A DNA stretch of 14,245 nt, taken from Crocosphaera sp. (lineage in GTDB: Bacteria; Cyanobacteriota; Cyanobacteriia; Cyanobacteriales; Microcystaceae). Positions 1 through 7,311 of this stretch are shown piece by piece. Every line of letters begins with the position of its first letter. Within the stretch, counting starts at the first letter, position 1. Below the pieces are notes generated by a model. It saw only the letters and a program-made list of their open reading frames with translations, searched no databases and had not been told where the DNA came from. Where the stretch lies: assembly GCA_030066295.1 (NCBI GenBank), contig JASJBX010000072.1:1-14245 (forward strand), in the 5' to 3' direction. Both the position numbers and the translations under genes were made by a program.

Positions 1-1460
1 CGGATCGTCTTCATCAAGGTAAATTAATTGAAGATATTGCTAAGGAGTGGCGTTTTCTAATTTCTGAGAGTCTTAATGAAGCACTTTGGGCTTATGAAAT
101 TGATTATTATTACCCTTTTGCCAGATTTGGTGTTGCTATTGCTATTTTTCTTGTTATTGCTATTCCTGTAATTATTTTAGCAACTATTCGATACTTATTG
201 AAGACTTGGAATCGTCATCTGATTCGTCAATTAAGAGCATTACAAGAGTCTTTAACCGTTGATGCCGAGGGTTTATCTTCTGAGGAATTAGAAGTTTCAG
301 AAACCTCTAATCAAAGTAAAGAAAATAATCAAGAAGAGAAAAAAAGAAAAAAGCTAAATCCATCAGTTGTTTTAGAAACATTCAAAAAAGTGATTGATCG
401 CCCTGATAAAGCCTTGGCCAAAGCCAAAGCTATGATTGAAAATACAGTACAAACCATAAGTCATAGTGTTCCGAGTTTAGCATTAAAGAAACAGGCAAGT
501 ATTAAACGACAGCAAAATGTGATTCAATTATTTCTAGGATTATTTTTTTGGATACAATTATTTTTAATTTTATTCGCTCTCACTTTAATCATCTTACTTT
601 TTCCTGAAACTCGCCGTTATACCTATTTCTTTTTAGGCCAGTCTATTATTCTTCCTTTGATTTGGATGTCCGCTAGTATTGCTGATAAGTTAACCAATCT
701 CTTGATTGATTTTTATCTGAATAAATGGGCAAAAAATGCACAACTAATTAATCCAAATTCTAACCGTTATACTTTGCGCGTTAGTACCTATTCTAATGCG
801 CTTAAAAGCGGCACAACCTTTCTCTTTATTGTTCTTGCTACTGCCGCCACTGTACTATTTTTAGGGATTAACCTAACTGTATTAGCTAGTGCAGGAGGTG
901 TAGCTTTTGTGGCTGCTTTCTTGTCTCGCAATGTAGTAGAAGATATGCTAAATGGTATCTTAATTTTATGGACAGATCGTTATGCTATTGGGGATGTGAT
1001 TCAAGTGGGAAATATAGCTGGTTTTGTAGAAAATATGAATATTTATATCACACAAATTAGAGGAGCAGAAGGGCGTTTAGTTACTATTCCTAATGGTAAA
1101 ATTTTTATTGTTGAAAATTTAACGAAAGATTGGTCACGGGTTGAATTTAAAATAGAAATTGCTTATGATGCTGATGTAAGAAAGGCTTTAAATGTTATTA
1201 GTGAAGTGAGTGAAGAAATGCAAAATGATCCCACTTGGAAAGATAAAATTATTGAACCGGCTGCTATTCTAGGTGTCGATAATGTTTCCCATCAGGGTAT
1301 CTTAATTCAAGTATGGATTAAAACCCAAGCCATGCAACAATGGGCGGTAGGAAGAGAATATCGACTCAGAGTAAAGGAAGCATTTGAAACAGCAGGAATT
1401 AAGTTAGGAATTCCTCACCAAGAAGTGAGGTATCAAGCTTCTTTATTGAATGAAAATTAA
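1..1460 (+). CDS. Mechanosensitive ion channel, MscS family (5'-partial, continues upstream of the window)
   Basis: The C-terminal half carries the MscS pore-helix and beta-domain signature (GGVAFVAAFLSRNVVEDMLNGILILWTDRYAIGDVIQVGNIAGFVENMNIYITQIRGAEGRLVTIPNGKIFIVENLTKDW). The ORF-track start at 198 is a TTG. The same frame has no stop back to base 3 and encodes a hydrophobic helix (FGVAIAIFLVIAIPVIILATI) with no in-frame ATG or GTG, so the real start is most likely upstream of base 1. Confidence 0.85.
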   Translation, partial: DRLHQGKLIEDIAKEWRFLISESLNEALWAYEIDYYYPFARFGVAIAIFLVIAIPVIILATIRYLLKTWNRHLIRQLRALQESLTVDAEGLSSEELEVSETSNQSKENNQEEKKRKKLNPSVVLETFKKVIDRPDKALAKAKAMIENTVQTISHSVPSLALKKQASIKRQQNVIQLFLGLFFWIQLFLILFALTLIILLFPETRRYTYFFLGQSIILPLIWMSASIADKLTNLLIDFYLNKWAKNAQLINPNSNRYTLRVSTYSNALKSGTTFLFIVLATAATVLFLGINLTVLASAGGVAFVAAFLSRNVVEDMLNGILILWTDRYAIGDVIQVGNIAGFVENMNIYITQIRGAEGRLVTIPNGKIFIVENLTKDWSRVEFKIEIAYDADVRKALNVISEVSEEMQNDPTWKDKIIEPAAILGVDNVSHQGILIQVWIKTQAMQQWAVGREYRLRVKEAFETAGIKLGIPHQEVRYQASLLNEN

Positions 1461-1472
1461 GCTTTAACAACC

Positions 1473-1841
1473 ATGAATGTCTTTCACCTTACAACCTCTG
1501 AAACTTGGCAACAAGCACAGTTAAACAAGGAATATAAAGCAGCTTCTTTAGAAACAGAAGGGTTTATTCATTGTTCAACAAAGTCGCAAATTTTAACCAT
1601 CGCTAATACATTTTATCAGCATTATGAGCGATTACTTGTTCTTGAAATCAATCCCGATAAACTATTAGCAGAAATAAAATGGGAATCCCCCATACATCCT
1701 AACCCTAATATTGACCATAATATTGATGATAGTGAGAAATTTCCTCATATCTATGGAATCATCAATTTAGATGCTGTTGAAAGAATAGGCTATTTGTGTA
1801 AAAATAATCAGGGCTTATTTGAACATAGCTATCAAGATTAA
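1473..1841 (+). CDS. DUF952 family protein
   Basis: 122 aa with the family hallmarks as I recall them: N-terminal FH..T...W, SLETEGFIHCS, LLVLEI.P..L...IKWE and FPHIYG.INLDAV. It starts 12 nt after the mscS-like stop, so it is probably co-transcribed. Confidence 0.85.
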   Translation: MNVFHLTTSETWQQAQLNKEYKAASLETEGFIHCSTKSQILTIANTFYQHYERLLVLEINPDKLLAEIKWESPIHPNPNIDHNIDDSEKFPHIYGIINLDAVERIGYLCKNNQGLFEHSYQD

Positions 1842-1847
1842 AAAATC

Positions 1848-3056
1848 ATGGATCATTTCATCTCATTATTGGGCTTAATTATTTTTCTAGGCTTTGCTTA
1901 TCTCATATCTTATGAACGGTTAGCGATTCGCTGGAATACAGTTGCTTGGGGCTTTGCTTTACAGTTTCTTCTAGGAATTTTTATTTTAAAAACTCCTTTT
2001 GGTTTAGCTATTTTTGAATGGTTAGGGAATACGGTTAAAACTTTTTTAGATTATTCTGACGTAGGAGCAAAATTTGTCTTTGGAGATGGGTTTGAAGAAC
2101 ATTTTATTGCCTTTAAAGTATTACCAACTATCATCTTTTTTGCCTCATTTATTGCTATCATTTACCATTACGGAATTTTGCCCCGCATTGTTAATATAAT
2201 TAGCCGAATCATGATACGTACCATGAAAACATCAGGGCCAGAAACCTTAAGTTGTGCCTCCAATATTTTCGTCGGTTGTACAGAAGCCCCTTTAATGATC
2301 AAACCTTATATAAACTCCCTAACTTTCTCAGAATTACACGCTATTATGACCGGTGGATTTGCTACTATTGCAGGGGGAGTAATGGCTGCTTATATTGCCA
2401 TGGGAATCTCGCCAACCCATTTAATTTCTGCTTCAGTAATGTCGGCACCGGCTGCTTTAGCTATCTCTAAAATTATGTGTCCTGAAACTGATAAATCTGA
2501 AACCAAAAATGAAGTTGAGATTAATATGGAAAGTCCCTATACTAATGCTATTGATGCAGCTACGAATGGTGCATTAGAAGGGCTTAAATTAGCCCTAAAT
2601 GTGGGAGCAATGTTAATCGCTATTTTAGCTTTAGTTGCCTTAGTAAACGGCATTTTAGGGGCAATCGGTCAACCTTTCGGACTATCAAACCTATCCCTAG
2701 AATTGATTTTTTCTTATTTACTTGCACCGGTGGCCTGGTTGATGGGAGTTCCTTGGGAAGATTGTTTACAAGTGGGAATTTTGTTAGGAAAAAAAACAAT
2801 TTTAAACGAATTTATTGCCTATCTGGATCTCAAAACTTTAATCGATAATCAAACCATTTCAGCCCGTAGTCAAATCATTGCCACCTACGCATTATGTGGC
2901 TTTTCTAACTTAGGAACCATCGGTATTCAAATCGGAGGAATCAGTGCGATCGCCCCTAACCGTCAACAAGACTTGGCCAAACTAGGTCTAAGAACCATGA
3001 TAGCTGGCTCCTTGGCTTGTTTTATGACCGCTTGTATCGCCGGACTTTTATTGTAA
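1848..3056 (+). CDS. nupC: NupC/CNT-family concentrative nucleoside transporter
   Basis: 402-aa polytopic membrane protein with CNT-family motifs (NIFVGCTEAPLMIKPYI, LTFSELHAIMTGGFATIAGGVMAAYIAMGI, HLISASVMSAPAALAISKIM). It starts 6 nt after the DUF952 stop. Confidence 0.9.
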   Translation: MDHFISLLGLIIFLGFAYLISYERLAIRWNTVAWGFALQFLLGIFILKTPFGLAIFEWLGNTVKTFLDYSDVGAKFVFGDGFEEHFIAFKVLPTIIFFASFIAIIYHYGILPRIVNIISRIMIRTMKTSGPETLSCASNIFVGCTEAPLMIKPYINSLTFSELHAIMTGGFATIAGGVMAAYIAMGISPTHLISASVMSAPAALAISKIMCPETDKSETKNEVEINMESPYTNAIDAATNGALEGLKLALNVGAMLIAILALVALVNGILGAIGQPFGLSNLSLELIFSYLLAPVAWLMGVPWEDCLQVGILLGKKTILNEFIAYLDLKTLIDNQTISARSQIIATYALCGFSNLGTIGIQIGGISAIAPNRQQDLAKLGLRTMIAGSLACFMTACIAGLLL

Positions 3057-3197
3057 TATTTCTTTAACTTTTTAAGCTAATATAAATTTCCTCAGATCAC
3101 AGCCATTTTGAACAATCTGTGTTATCGTGTTGCACAGTTGGTTTAGTGTTTAGTGTTTTTAAATTTAGCTTTCTTATAGTTTTAGAGGATAATATTT

Positions 3198-3614
3198 ATG
3201 GTTCAAGCTAAAGAAAATAACAAGAGTGATGTTACTGCTATCCCTTTCTCCGTTGCCCATACAGGGGTTGCAGCGACCGAAATGCGTCCTTGGGGTTCCT
3301 TTACTACCCTAGAAGAAGGACCTGGTTATAAGATCAAACGTATTGAAGTTAACCCTGGTCATCGTCTCAGCCTACAAATGCACCACCACCGCAGCGAACA
3401 CTGGATCGTTGTATCCGGGACTGCTAAGGTAACTTGTGGGGATAAAGAGAAGATTTTAGGGGCAAACCAGTCCACTTATGTTCCTCAGTGTACCTCCCAT
3501 CGTCTGGAAAATCCAGGGGTGATTAAACTTATCCTCATTGAAGTTCAAAATGGTGAGTATTTAGGGGAAGACGATATTATTCGTTTCCAGGATGATTATT
3601 CCCGTCATAAGTAG
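3198..3614 (+). CDS. Cupin-domain protein resembling the type II phosphomannose isomerase (ManC) C-terminal domain
   Basis: The stretch RPWGSFTTLEEGPGYKIKRIEVNPGHRLSLQMHHHRSEHWIVVSGTAKV ... H.LENPG matches the cupin core of type II PMI / GDP-mannose pyrophosphorylase C-terminal domains. An AGAGGA Shine-Dalgarno-like motif lies upstream of the ATG. Confidence 0.8.
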   Translation: MVQAKENNKSDVTAIPFSVAHTGVAATEMRPWGSFTTLEEGPGYKIKRIEVNPGHRLSLQMHHHRSEHWIVVSGTAKVTCGDKEKILGANQSTYVPQCTSHRLENPGVIKLILIEVQNGEYLGEDDIIRFQDDYSRHK

Positions 3615-3634
3615 TTCAATTATACTGTCATTAT

Positions 3635-3675
3635 AATCTGCCAGATTCATTTTAGGGAATCTGGCAGATTTTTTA
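3635..3675 (+). terminator. Rho-independent terminator between convergent genes
   Basis: A perfect 14-bp inverted repeat, AATCTGCCAGATTC (3635-3648) and GAATCTGGCAGATT (3657-3670), encloses an 8-nt loop and is followed by TTTT. It sits between the + strand cupin gene and the - strand GmrSD-like gene. Confidence 0.85.
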
Positions 3676-3681
3676 TGAATA

Positions 3682-5475
3682 TTATCGGTTAACCAGTCTT
3701 TCTTTAAGTTGTTTAAGTAATAACTCAGCTTGTTCGATATCTGTTATTTCCATAGAAACAGACGCTTGGCAGTATTCAATGTTCCAGAGATTAGTTAATA
3801 TGTTTAAGTATTTTTCTTGATTTTCCTTAACTTGTTCAATTGTCCACTCATCTTGATTAAGAACATTGATAGTTACAGGAAAAATAACCTTATTTCCTTC
3901 CTTAAAATACTTGCATTTTTTCTCATCAAAATCATAATTTTTTGCAGCAGAATTTTTCTTTCGAGAGAGTAAAACTAAATTACCTAAACGATGTACCCAA
4001 GTTTCTCTTTCCTTATCTTCCCAATTTTTACACCACTGACTATTTGACTTAGGATTTTGCGGTAAAATATGCTCGATTGTCACCATTTTAGCATCAAAAC
4101 TAGGACTTAACCCTCCTTCTGCAATGGCAGAATCTAACCGTTTTAAAACATAAAGACGACTACGACTTTGTTCATATAACTCACCATTAAGAATCTCAAC
4201 TATTTTATTTTGATCTTCAGCAGATAACAAGTCTTTTGTTTTATTAATTGCTGCTTCTGCTGATTCATCAATTGCGTTTAAAAGTTGAGCATAACGTCTT
4301 CCTCTCTTGTTAATATCTACCCGTAAAATCATCAATCCTGCTGCTAATCTTTCTAAGTTAGTCAAGAAATCTTTGATGTAAGATGTGGTGCTAGGATACT
4401 TTACCAGAAAATGAATAGCAGGAGGTAACCAATCAGCATTATCAATTAAATTTAACCAACCAAAAAGACGATTAATTTCTTTTTCATCTTCTTTATTATC
4501 ACAACTAAATCGTTGATCTCTGATCATTTCAAATACATCAGAACAAGGTTTTAAGACTTCATCAATAAATTCTTTAGGGTTTTCTTGCGGTTTTAATTCC
4601 TGTCGATTACGATACTCAAACAATAACCCTTTTTTGGCTTTTTCTCTAGTTTTAATACGATGAATATAAGCAAATAACGCTTCAAAATCTTTTCTCCCTA
4701 AATCCCGTTCTTCTCCATCCCAAATTTGGGTATATTTTTGTCTTTCTTTTGCCTCTTGAATACCGCCAATAATTTCTGATTTTAGTACATCATTCAACTG
4801 CAAGTCTAAACCACGAGTATTGATAGTAGAAAAAATACGATAAGCTGTTTCAAAATCTGATGTTAAAACTGTTACTAAATAACACTTATGTAAAATGCTT
4901 TTTAATAAATATAATATCCAGTCCTCTAACTTTGTATTTTCAGGACAACGTTTTCTTAATTCTTTGACCAAAAAACGGGTATTATCTCTTAATAAAGTTT
5001 GACTATCTGTTTCTAAACCTGCATCTTTTTCTAATAAAGCTTTAATGGCTCCAGGTGTACGAATATACTCCCCAAAAAATGAATCATCTTGCGATCGCAG
5101 CTTTAAACCATACTGTTTTGAATCAAAACCTTCATCCTCCATAAAAGCATTAATTTTTCTATATGCAGGACTTTCCAAAGGTAAAAGATCACGACATACA
5201 GAAAATAATAAATTTAACGTCGTTAATCTTTGTTGGCCATCCACCACTTCCACTTTTTTAGATTTCTCTGATTTTTGAATCAGAATAATACTACCTAAAA
5301 AATAAATAGAACTATCTTTATCTGGATAAGGAAAAGCGTCTAACAAATCATTAATTAATTCTAAAACTTGATCCGTACTCCACGCATAAGGACGTTGATA
5401 AGATGGAATTTCAAATTGATAATTAGAAATGTTAAAGATTTGCTCTAATCTTTGTTCATCTGCTTTAATTGTCAT
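3682..5475 (-). CDS. GmrSD-like type IV (modification-dependent) restriction endonuclease, DUF262 + DUF1524 domains
   Basis: The N-terminal DUF262/ParB-like NTPase motifs are IPSYQRPYAWS and VVDGQQRLTTL. The C-terminal DUF1524 His-Me finger motifs are IEHILPQNP ... HRLGNLVLLSRKKNSAAKNYDFDEKK. The start is moved from the track's TTG (5499) to the ATG at 5475, which is preceded by GAAGGAGA 7 nt upstream on the minus strand. Confidence 0.85.
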   Translation of the reverse strand: MTIKADEQRLEQIFNISNYQFEIPSYQRPYAWSTDQVLELINDLLDAFPYPDKDSSIYFLGSIILIQKSEKSKKVEVVDGQQRLTTLNLLFSVCRDLLPLESPAYRKINAFMEDEGFDSKQYGLKLRSQDDSFFGEYIRTPGAIKALLEKDAGLETDSQTLLRDNTRFLVKELRKRCPENTKLEDWILYLLKSILHKCYLVTVLTSDFETAYRIFSTINTRGLDLQLNDVLKSEIIGGIQEAKERQKYTQIWDGEERDLGRKDFEALFAYIHRIKTREKAKKGLLFEYRNRQELKPQENPKEFIDEVLKPCSDVFEMIRDQRFSCDNKEDEKEINRLFGWLNLIDNADWLPPAIHFLVKYPSTTSYIKDFLTNLERLAAGLMILRVDINKRGRRYAQLLNAIDESAEAAINKTKDLLSAEDQNKIVEILNGELYEQSRSRLYVLKRLDSAIAEGGLSPSFDAKMVTIEHILPQNPKSNSQWCKNWEDKERETWVHRLGNLVLLSRKKNSAAKNYDFDEKKCKYFKEGNKVIFPVTINVLNQDEWTIEQVKENQEKYLNILTNLWNIEYCQASVSMEITDIEQAELLLKQLKERLVNR

Positions 5476-5763
5476 GATTTTTTCTCCTTCATTGATCAAA
5501 AAATTGATAATTAAGAGTGAGCAACAGCTTGATTGTATTCAGAATAAATTGAAGTAATTTTGCTCTTTTTCTCTTGTGTTTTTATTATACACTTCATAAA
5601 ATATTCTAAATGTTTATATTTATGTATTTGTCTAAGCAAATTTACTGTGATAATAGGTATTGATTTAATCCTTATAGGTAAAATTTACATAATTTAAAAT
5701 TATCCTTGGTTAAAAGTACCTAATTGATGTTACAAGGATGGGTGGTATTAATAGAATTTTAGT

Positions 5764-5939
5764 GTGATCACTTATCTTGTCGGTTGGGTTGAAGGATGAA
5801 ACCCAACAATTTTTTCTTTATTTGATATATTTGGATGATTGATAGGATACAATAGAGAAAACTTGAGTTATTAACAAACTATGGTAAAAACTTCAATTTT
5901 TCAGCAAGCAATTGAAACAGTGGAAAAACTATCTTTAGA
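5764..5939 (+). repeat. Cassette-boundary repeat copy A (flank + hairpin + conserved leader + first 19 codons of the downstream gene)
   Basis: The sequence is GTGATCAC-TTATCTTGTCG-GTTGGGTT(5783-5790)-gaaggatga-AACCCAAC(5800-5807)-AATTTTTTCTTTATTTGATATATTTGGATGATTGATAGGATACAATAG. It aligns almost base for base with copy C (6781-6950) through position 5939. It contains a -10-like TACAAT at 5848-5853. Confidence 0.9.
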
Positions 5940-6114
5940 AGAACAACAGATGTTAATCGATACTATCCAAAAACGATTACATCAACAACGTAGAGCAATT
6001 ATATCAAAAGAAATAACAGAAATTCGCCAAGAAGTGACCGAAGGAAAAGTACAATTTGGTTCAGTTGATGAATTTTTAAACGAACTTGATCGCCTATCTC
6101 GTAGGTTGGGTTGA
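5881..6114 (+). CDS. Small antitoxin-like protein, apparently orphan
   Basis: 77 aa, predicted helical. The N-terminal FQQAIETVEKLSLEEQQMLIDTIQKRL and C-terminal GKVQFGSVDEFLNELD resemble small cyanobacterial addiction-module antitoxin-like proteins from memory; this is not verified. The last 8 codons and the TGA stop (6112-6114) lie inside repeat copy B. No toxin-sized partner follows. Confidence 0.6.
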   Translation: MVKTSIFQQAIETVEKLSLEEQQMLIDTIQKRLHQQRRAIISKEITEIRQEVTEGKVQFGSVDEFLNELDRLSRRLG

Positions 6115-6131
6115 AGGATGAAACCCAACAA
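6086..6131 (+). repeat. Cassette-boundary repeat copy B (flank + hairpin only)
   Basis: The sequence is TTGATCGC-CTATCTCGTAG-GTTGGGTT(6105-6112)-gaaggatga-AACCCAAC(6122-6129)-AA. The conserved leader seen in copies A, C and D is absent, because the sequence diverges right after AACCCAACAA. Confidence 0.9.
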
Positions 6132-6216
6132 GCATAAATTTGTGGTGTATTGTGTGAATAAGCGATGGCCTTCAAGTAAGATATAATCATTATGGACTTT
6201 AAACTAAACAAACAAT

Positions 6217-6558
6217 ATGGCAAAACTTCCCAATGAAGTCCAAAACACTATTTTTAGTCTCCTGCAACAGTTAGCGAACCAAATAGAAGAAGCATCCGCT
6301 ACAGAATGGACAATCTTAGAAAGATACGGTGAAACAACAGAAACTATACCAGAACTTGATGAACTTCAGAATGTTAGAGAAAAACTAACTGAGCGTTATA
6401 ATGGACTTAACAAGCTATTGTTAAGGATTTTAGAAATTCAGCCACGGCCTCCAGAAGATATGGTAAATTTGCTAGTAAAGACTATTGAAAGAGGGCAAGC
6501 AACCATTGATTCTGCCCAAGCTAGTATTCTAGAAGTTAAAAAAAATTGGAGTTTATGA
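6217..6558 (+). CDS. Hypothetical protein, predicted all-helical (cassette 2, gene 1)
   Basis: 113-aa ORF with no family I can recognise. Its TGA stop overlaps the ATG of the next ORF (ATGA at 6555-6558), which indicates translational coupling. Confidence 0.6.
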   Translation: MAKLPNEVQNTIFSLLQQLANQIEEASATEWTILERYGETTETIPELDELQNVREKLTERYNGLNKLLLRILEIQPRPPEDMVNLLVKTIERGQATIDSAQASILEVKKNWSL

Positions 6559-6737
6559 TGAACGAATCTTTTTCTATTCCTGATGAAAAATCTAGACAAG
6601 AAAGTGTCAAAAATTTACAACAAGTACAAAAACAACTAGACCTTTTTGGCTTAGAAATTGAAGAAGTTTTAGGAATAGCAAACGCTGAAATTTTGCGCCA
6701 ACGCAGAAAACGTCTAGAAAACTCTGTAAACAGTTGA
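6555..6737 (+). CDS. Hypothetical small protein, coiled-coil-like (cassette 2, gene 2)
   Basis: 60 aa counted from the ATG at 6555. The track's TTG at 6546 is less likely. A 4-nt ATGA overlap joins it to the upstream gene. It has a basic C-terminus (RQRRKRLE) and belongs to no family I recognise. Confidence 0.5.
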   Translation: MMNESFSIPDEKSRQESVKNLQQVQKQLDLFGLEIEEVLGIANAEILRQRRKRLENSVNS

Positions 6738-6780
6738 ATTAATGTAAGTGCGATCTCGAAGAGATCAGCTTTGCGGTGCG

Positions 6781-6950
6781 TCTATCTTGTAGGTTGGGTT
6801 AAAGGATGAAACCCAACAATTTTATCTTTGTTTGATATATTTTAATGATTAATAGGATAAAATAGAAGAAAATTAAATCATTAAATAAACTATTGTAGAA
6901 ACTTCAACCTTTCAGCAAGCAATTGAAACAGTGGAAAAACTATCCTTAGA
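6781..6950 (+). repeat. Cassette-boundary repeat copy C (flank + hairpin + leader + gene-start fragment)
   Basis: The sequence is TCTATCTTGTAG-GTTGGGTT(6793-6800)-aaaggatga-AACCCAAC(6810-6817)-AATTTTATCTTTGTTTGATATATTTTAATGATTAATAGGATAAAATAGAAG. It is collinear with copy A over about 170 bp. It contains a -10-like TAAAAT at 6858-6863. Confidence 0.9.
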
Positions 6951-6966
6951 TGATTTATCTTCTTGA
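6892..6966 (+). pseudogene. Truncated paralogous fragment of the 5881-6114 antitoxin-like gene
   Basis: ATT GTA GAA ACT TCA ACC TTT CAG CAA GCA ATT GAA ACA GTG GAA AAA CTA TCC TTA encodes IVETSTFQQAIETVEKLSL, which matches codons 1-19 of the 5881 gene (MVKTSIFQQAIETVEKLSL). The ATG has become ATT. Homology ends after LSL and a TGA follows at 6964-6966. Confidence 0.75.
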
Positions 6967-7026
6967 CACAGATACCTTTTCTTAAATTATGATAAAATAC
7001 TGATCGAACACAGAGGTCAACAACTA

Positions 7027-7311
7027 ATGACAATAGACGTTAGACAAGCAGTTAAGCAAGCCAAAAATCACTTGAATCAAATTATCGATCTTTTTGGTAA
7101 TGTCAGTGATATAAGATTAGAAGAAATTGAACTATCATCAGACAACAAATCTTGGTTAATCACTTTGGGTTTCTTATTTGATACACCGATGAATCAACAG
7201 AAAAATCTTCCTGATATATTAAATAAAGCAATGAACATAAGAGAATATAAAATTGTTGAAATAGACGCAGAAACAGGAGAACTTAAGTCAATCAAAATCA
7301 GAGAATTATAA
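7027..7311 (+). CDS. Hypothetical 94-aa protein, candidate non-canonical partner or antitoxin of the downstream PIN protein
   Basis: An AGAGG motif lies upstream of the ATG. The stop overlaps the next start (TAATG, sharing base 7311). By eye the pattern is one helix followed by several beta strands (IRLEEIELS, SWLITLGFLF, REYKIVEIDA, ELKSIKIRE). I cannot see an RHH, AbrB, Phd or HTH DNA-binding motif. Confidence 0.6.
   Translation: MTIDVRQAVKQAKNHLNQIIDLFGNVSDIRLEEIELSSDNKSWLITLGFLFDTPMNQQKNLPDILNKAMNIREYKIVEIDAETGELKSIKIREL

Noticed and set aside
2252-2470. 72-aa + strand ORF inside nupC in another frame
   Set aside because: It lies entirely within the well-supported transporter CDS, and its Cys/Tyr/Arg-rich translation is typical of an off-frame reading.
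3097-3137. Possible CRP/NtcA-type operator upstream of the cupin gene (CACAG-N14-CTGTG and TGTG-N11-CACA)
   Set aside because: The spacings fit neither TGTGA-N6-TCACA nor GTA-N8-TAC. The half-sites are only 4-5 bp, which is likely chance.
3141-3160. Tandem heptamer GTTTAGT GTTTAGT GTTTTT
   Set aside because: There are only two full copies in an AT-rich intergenic region, which is too small to interpret.
5045-5278. 77-aa ORF antisense to the GmrSD-like gene
   Set aside because: It is embedded antisense in a gene with strong domain motifs. It has no Shine-Dalgarno sequence and no recognisable features.
5783-5807. tRNA or tmRNA 3' fragment acting as an integrase att site
   Set aside because: An 8-bp stem with a 9-nt loop does not fit a T-arm (5-bp stem, 7-nt loop, GTTCRANYC). 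There is no acceptor-stem or CCA context, and no tRNA gene is anywhere in the window.
5999-6223. 74-aa minus-strand ORF spanning cassette 1, repeat B and the cassette 2 start
   Set aside because: It is antisense to a better-supported ORF and runs through the repeat. Its translation is Leu/Ile/Ser-rich, as expected from AT-rich antisense sequence.
6752-6766. Small hairpin GATCTC-gaa-GAGATC after cassette 2
   Set aside because: A 6-bp stem with a 3-nt loop and no T-tract is too weak to call a terminator. The downstream repeat hairpin is the more plausible 3' element.
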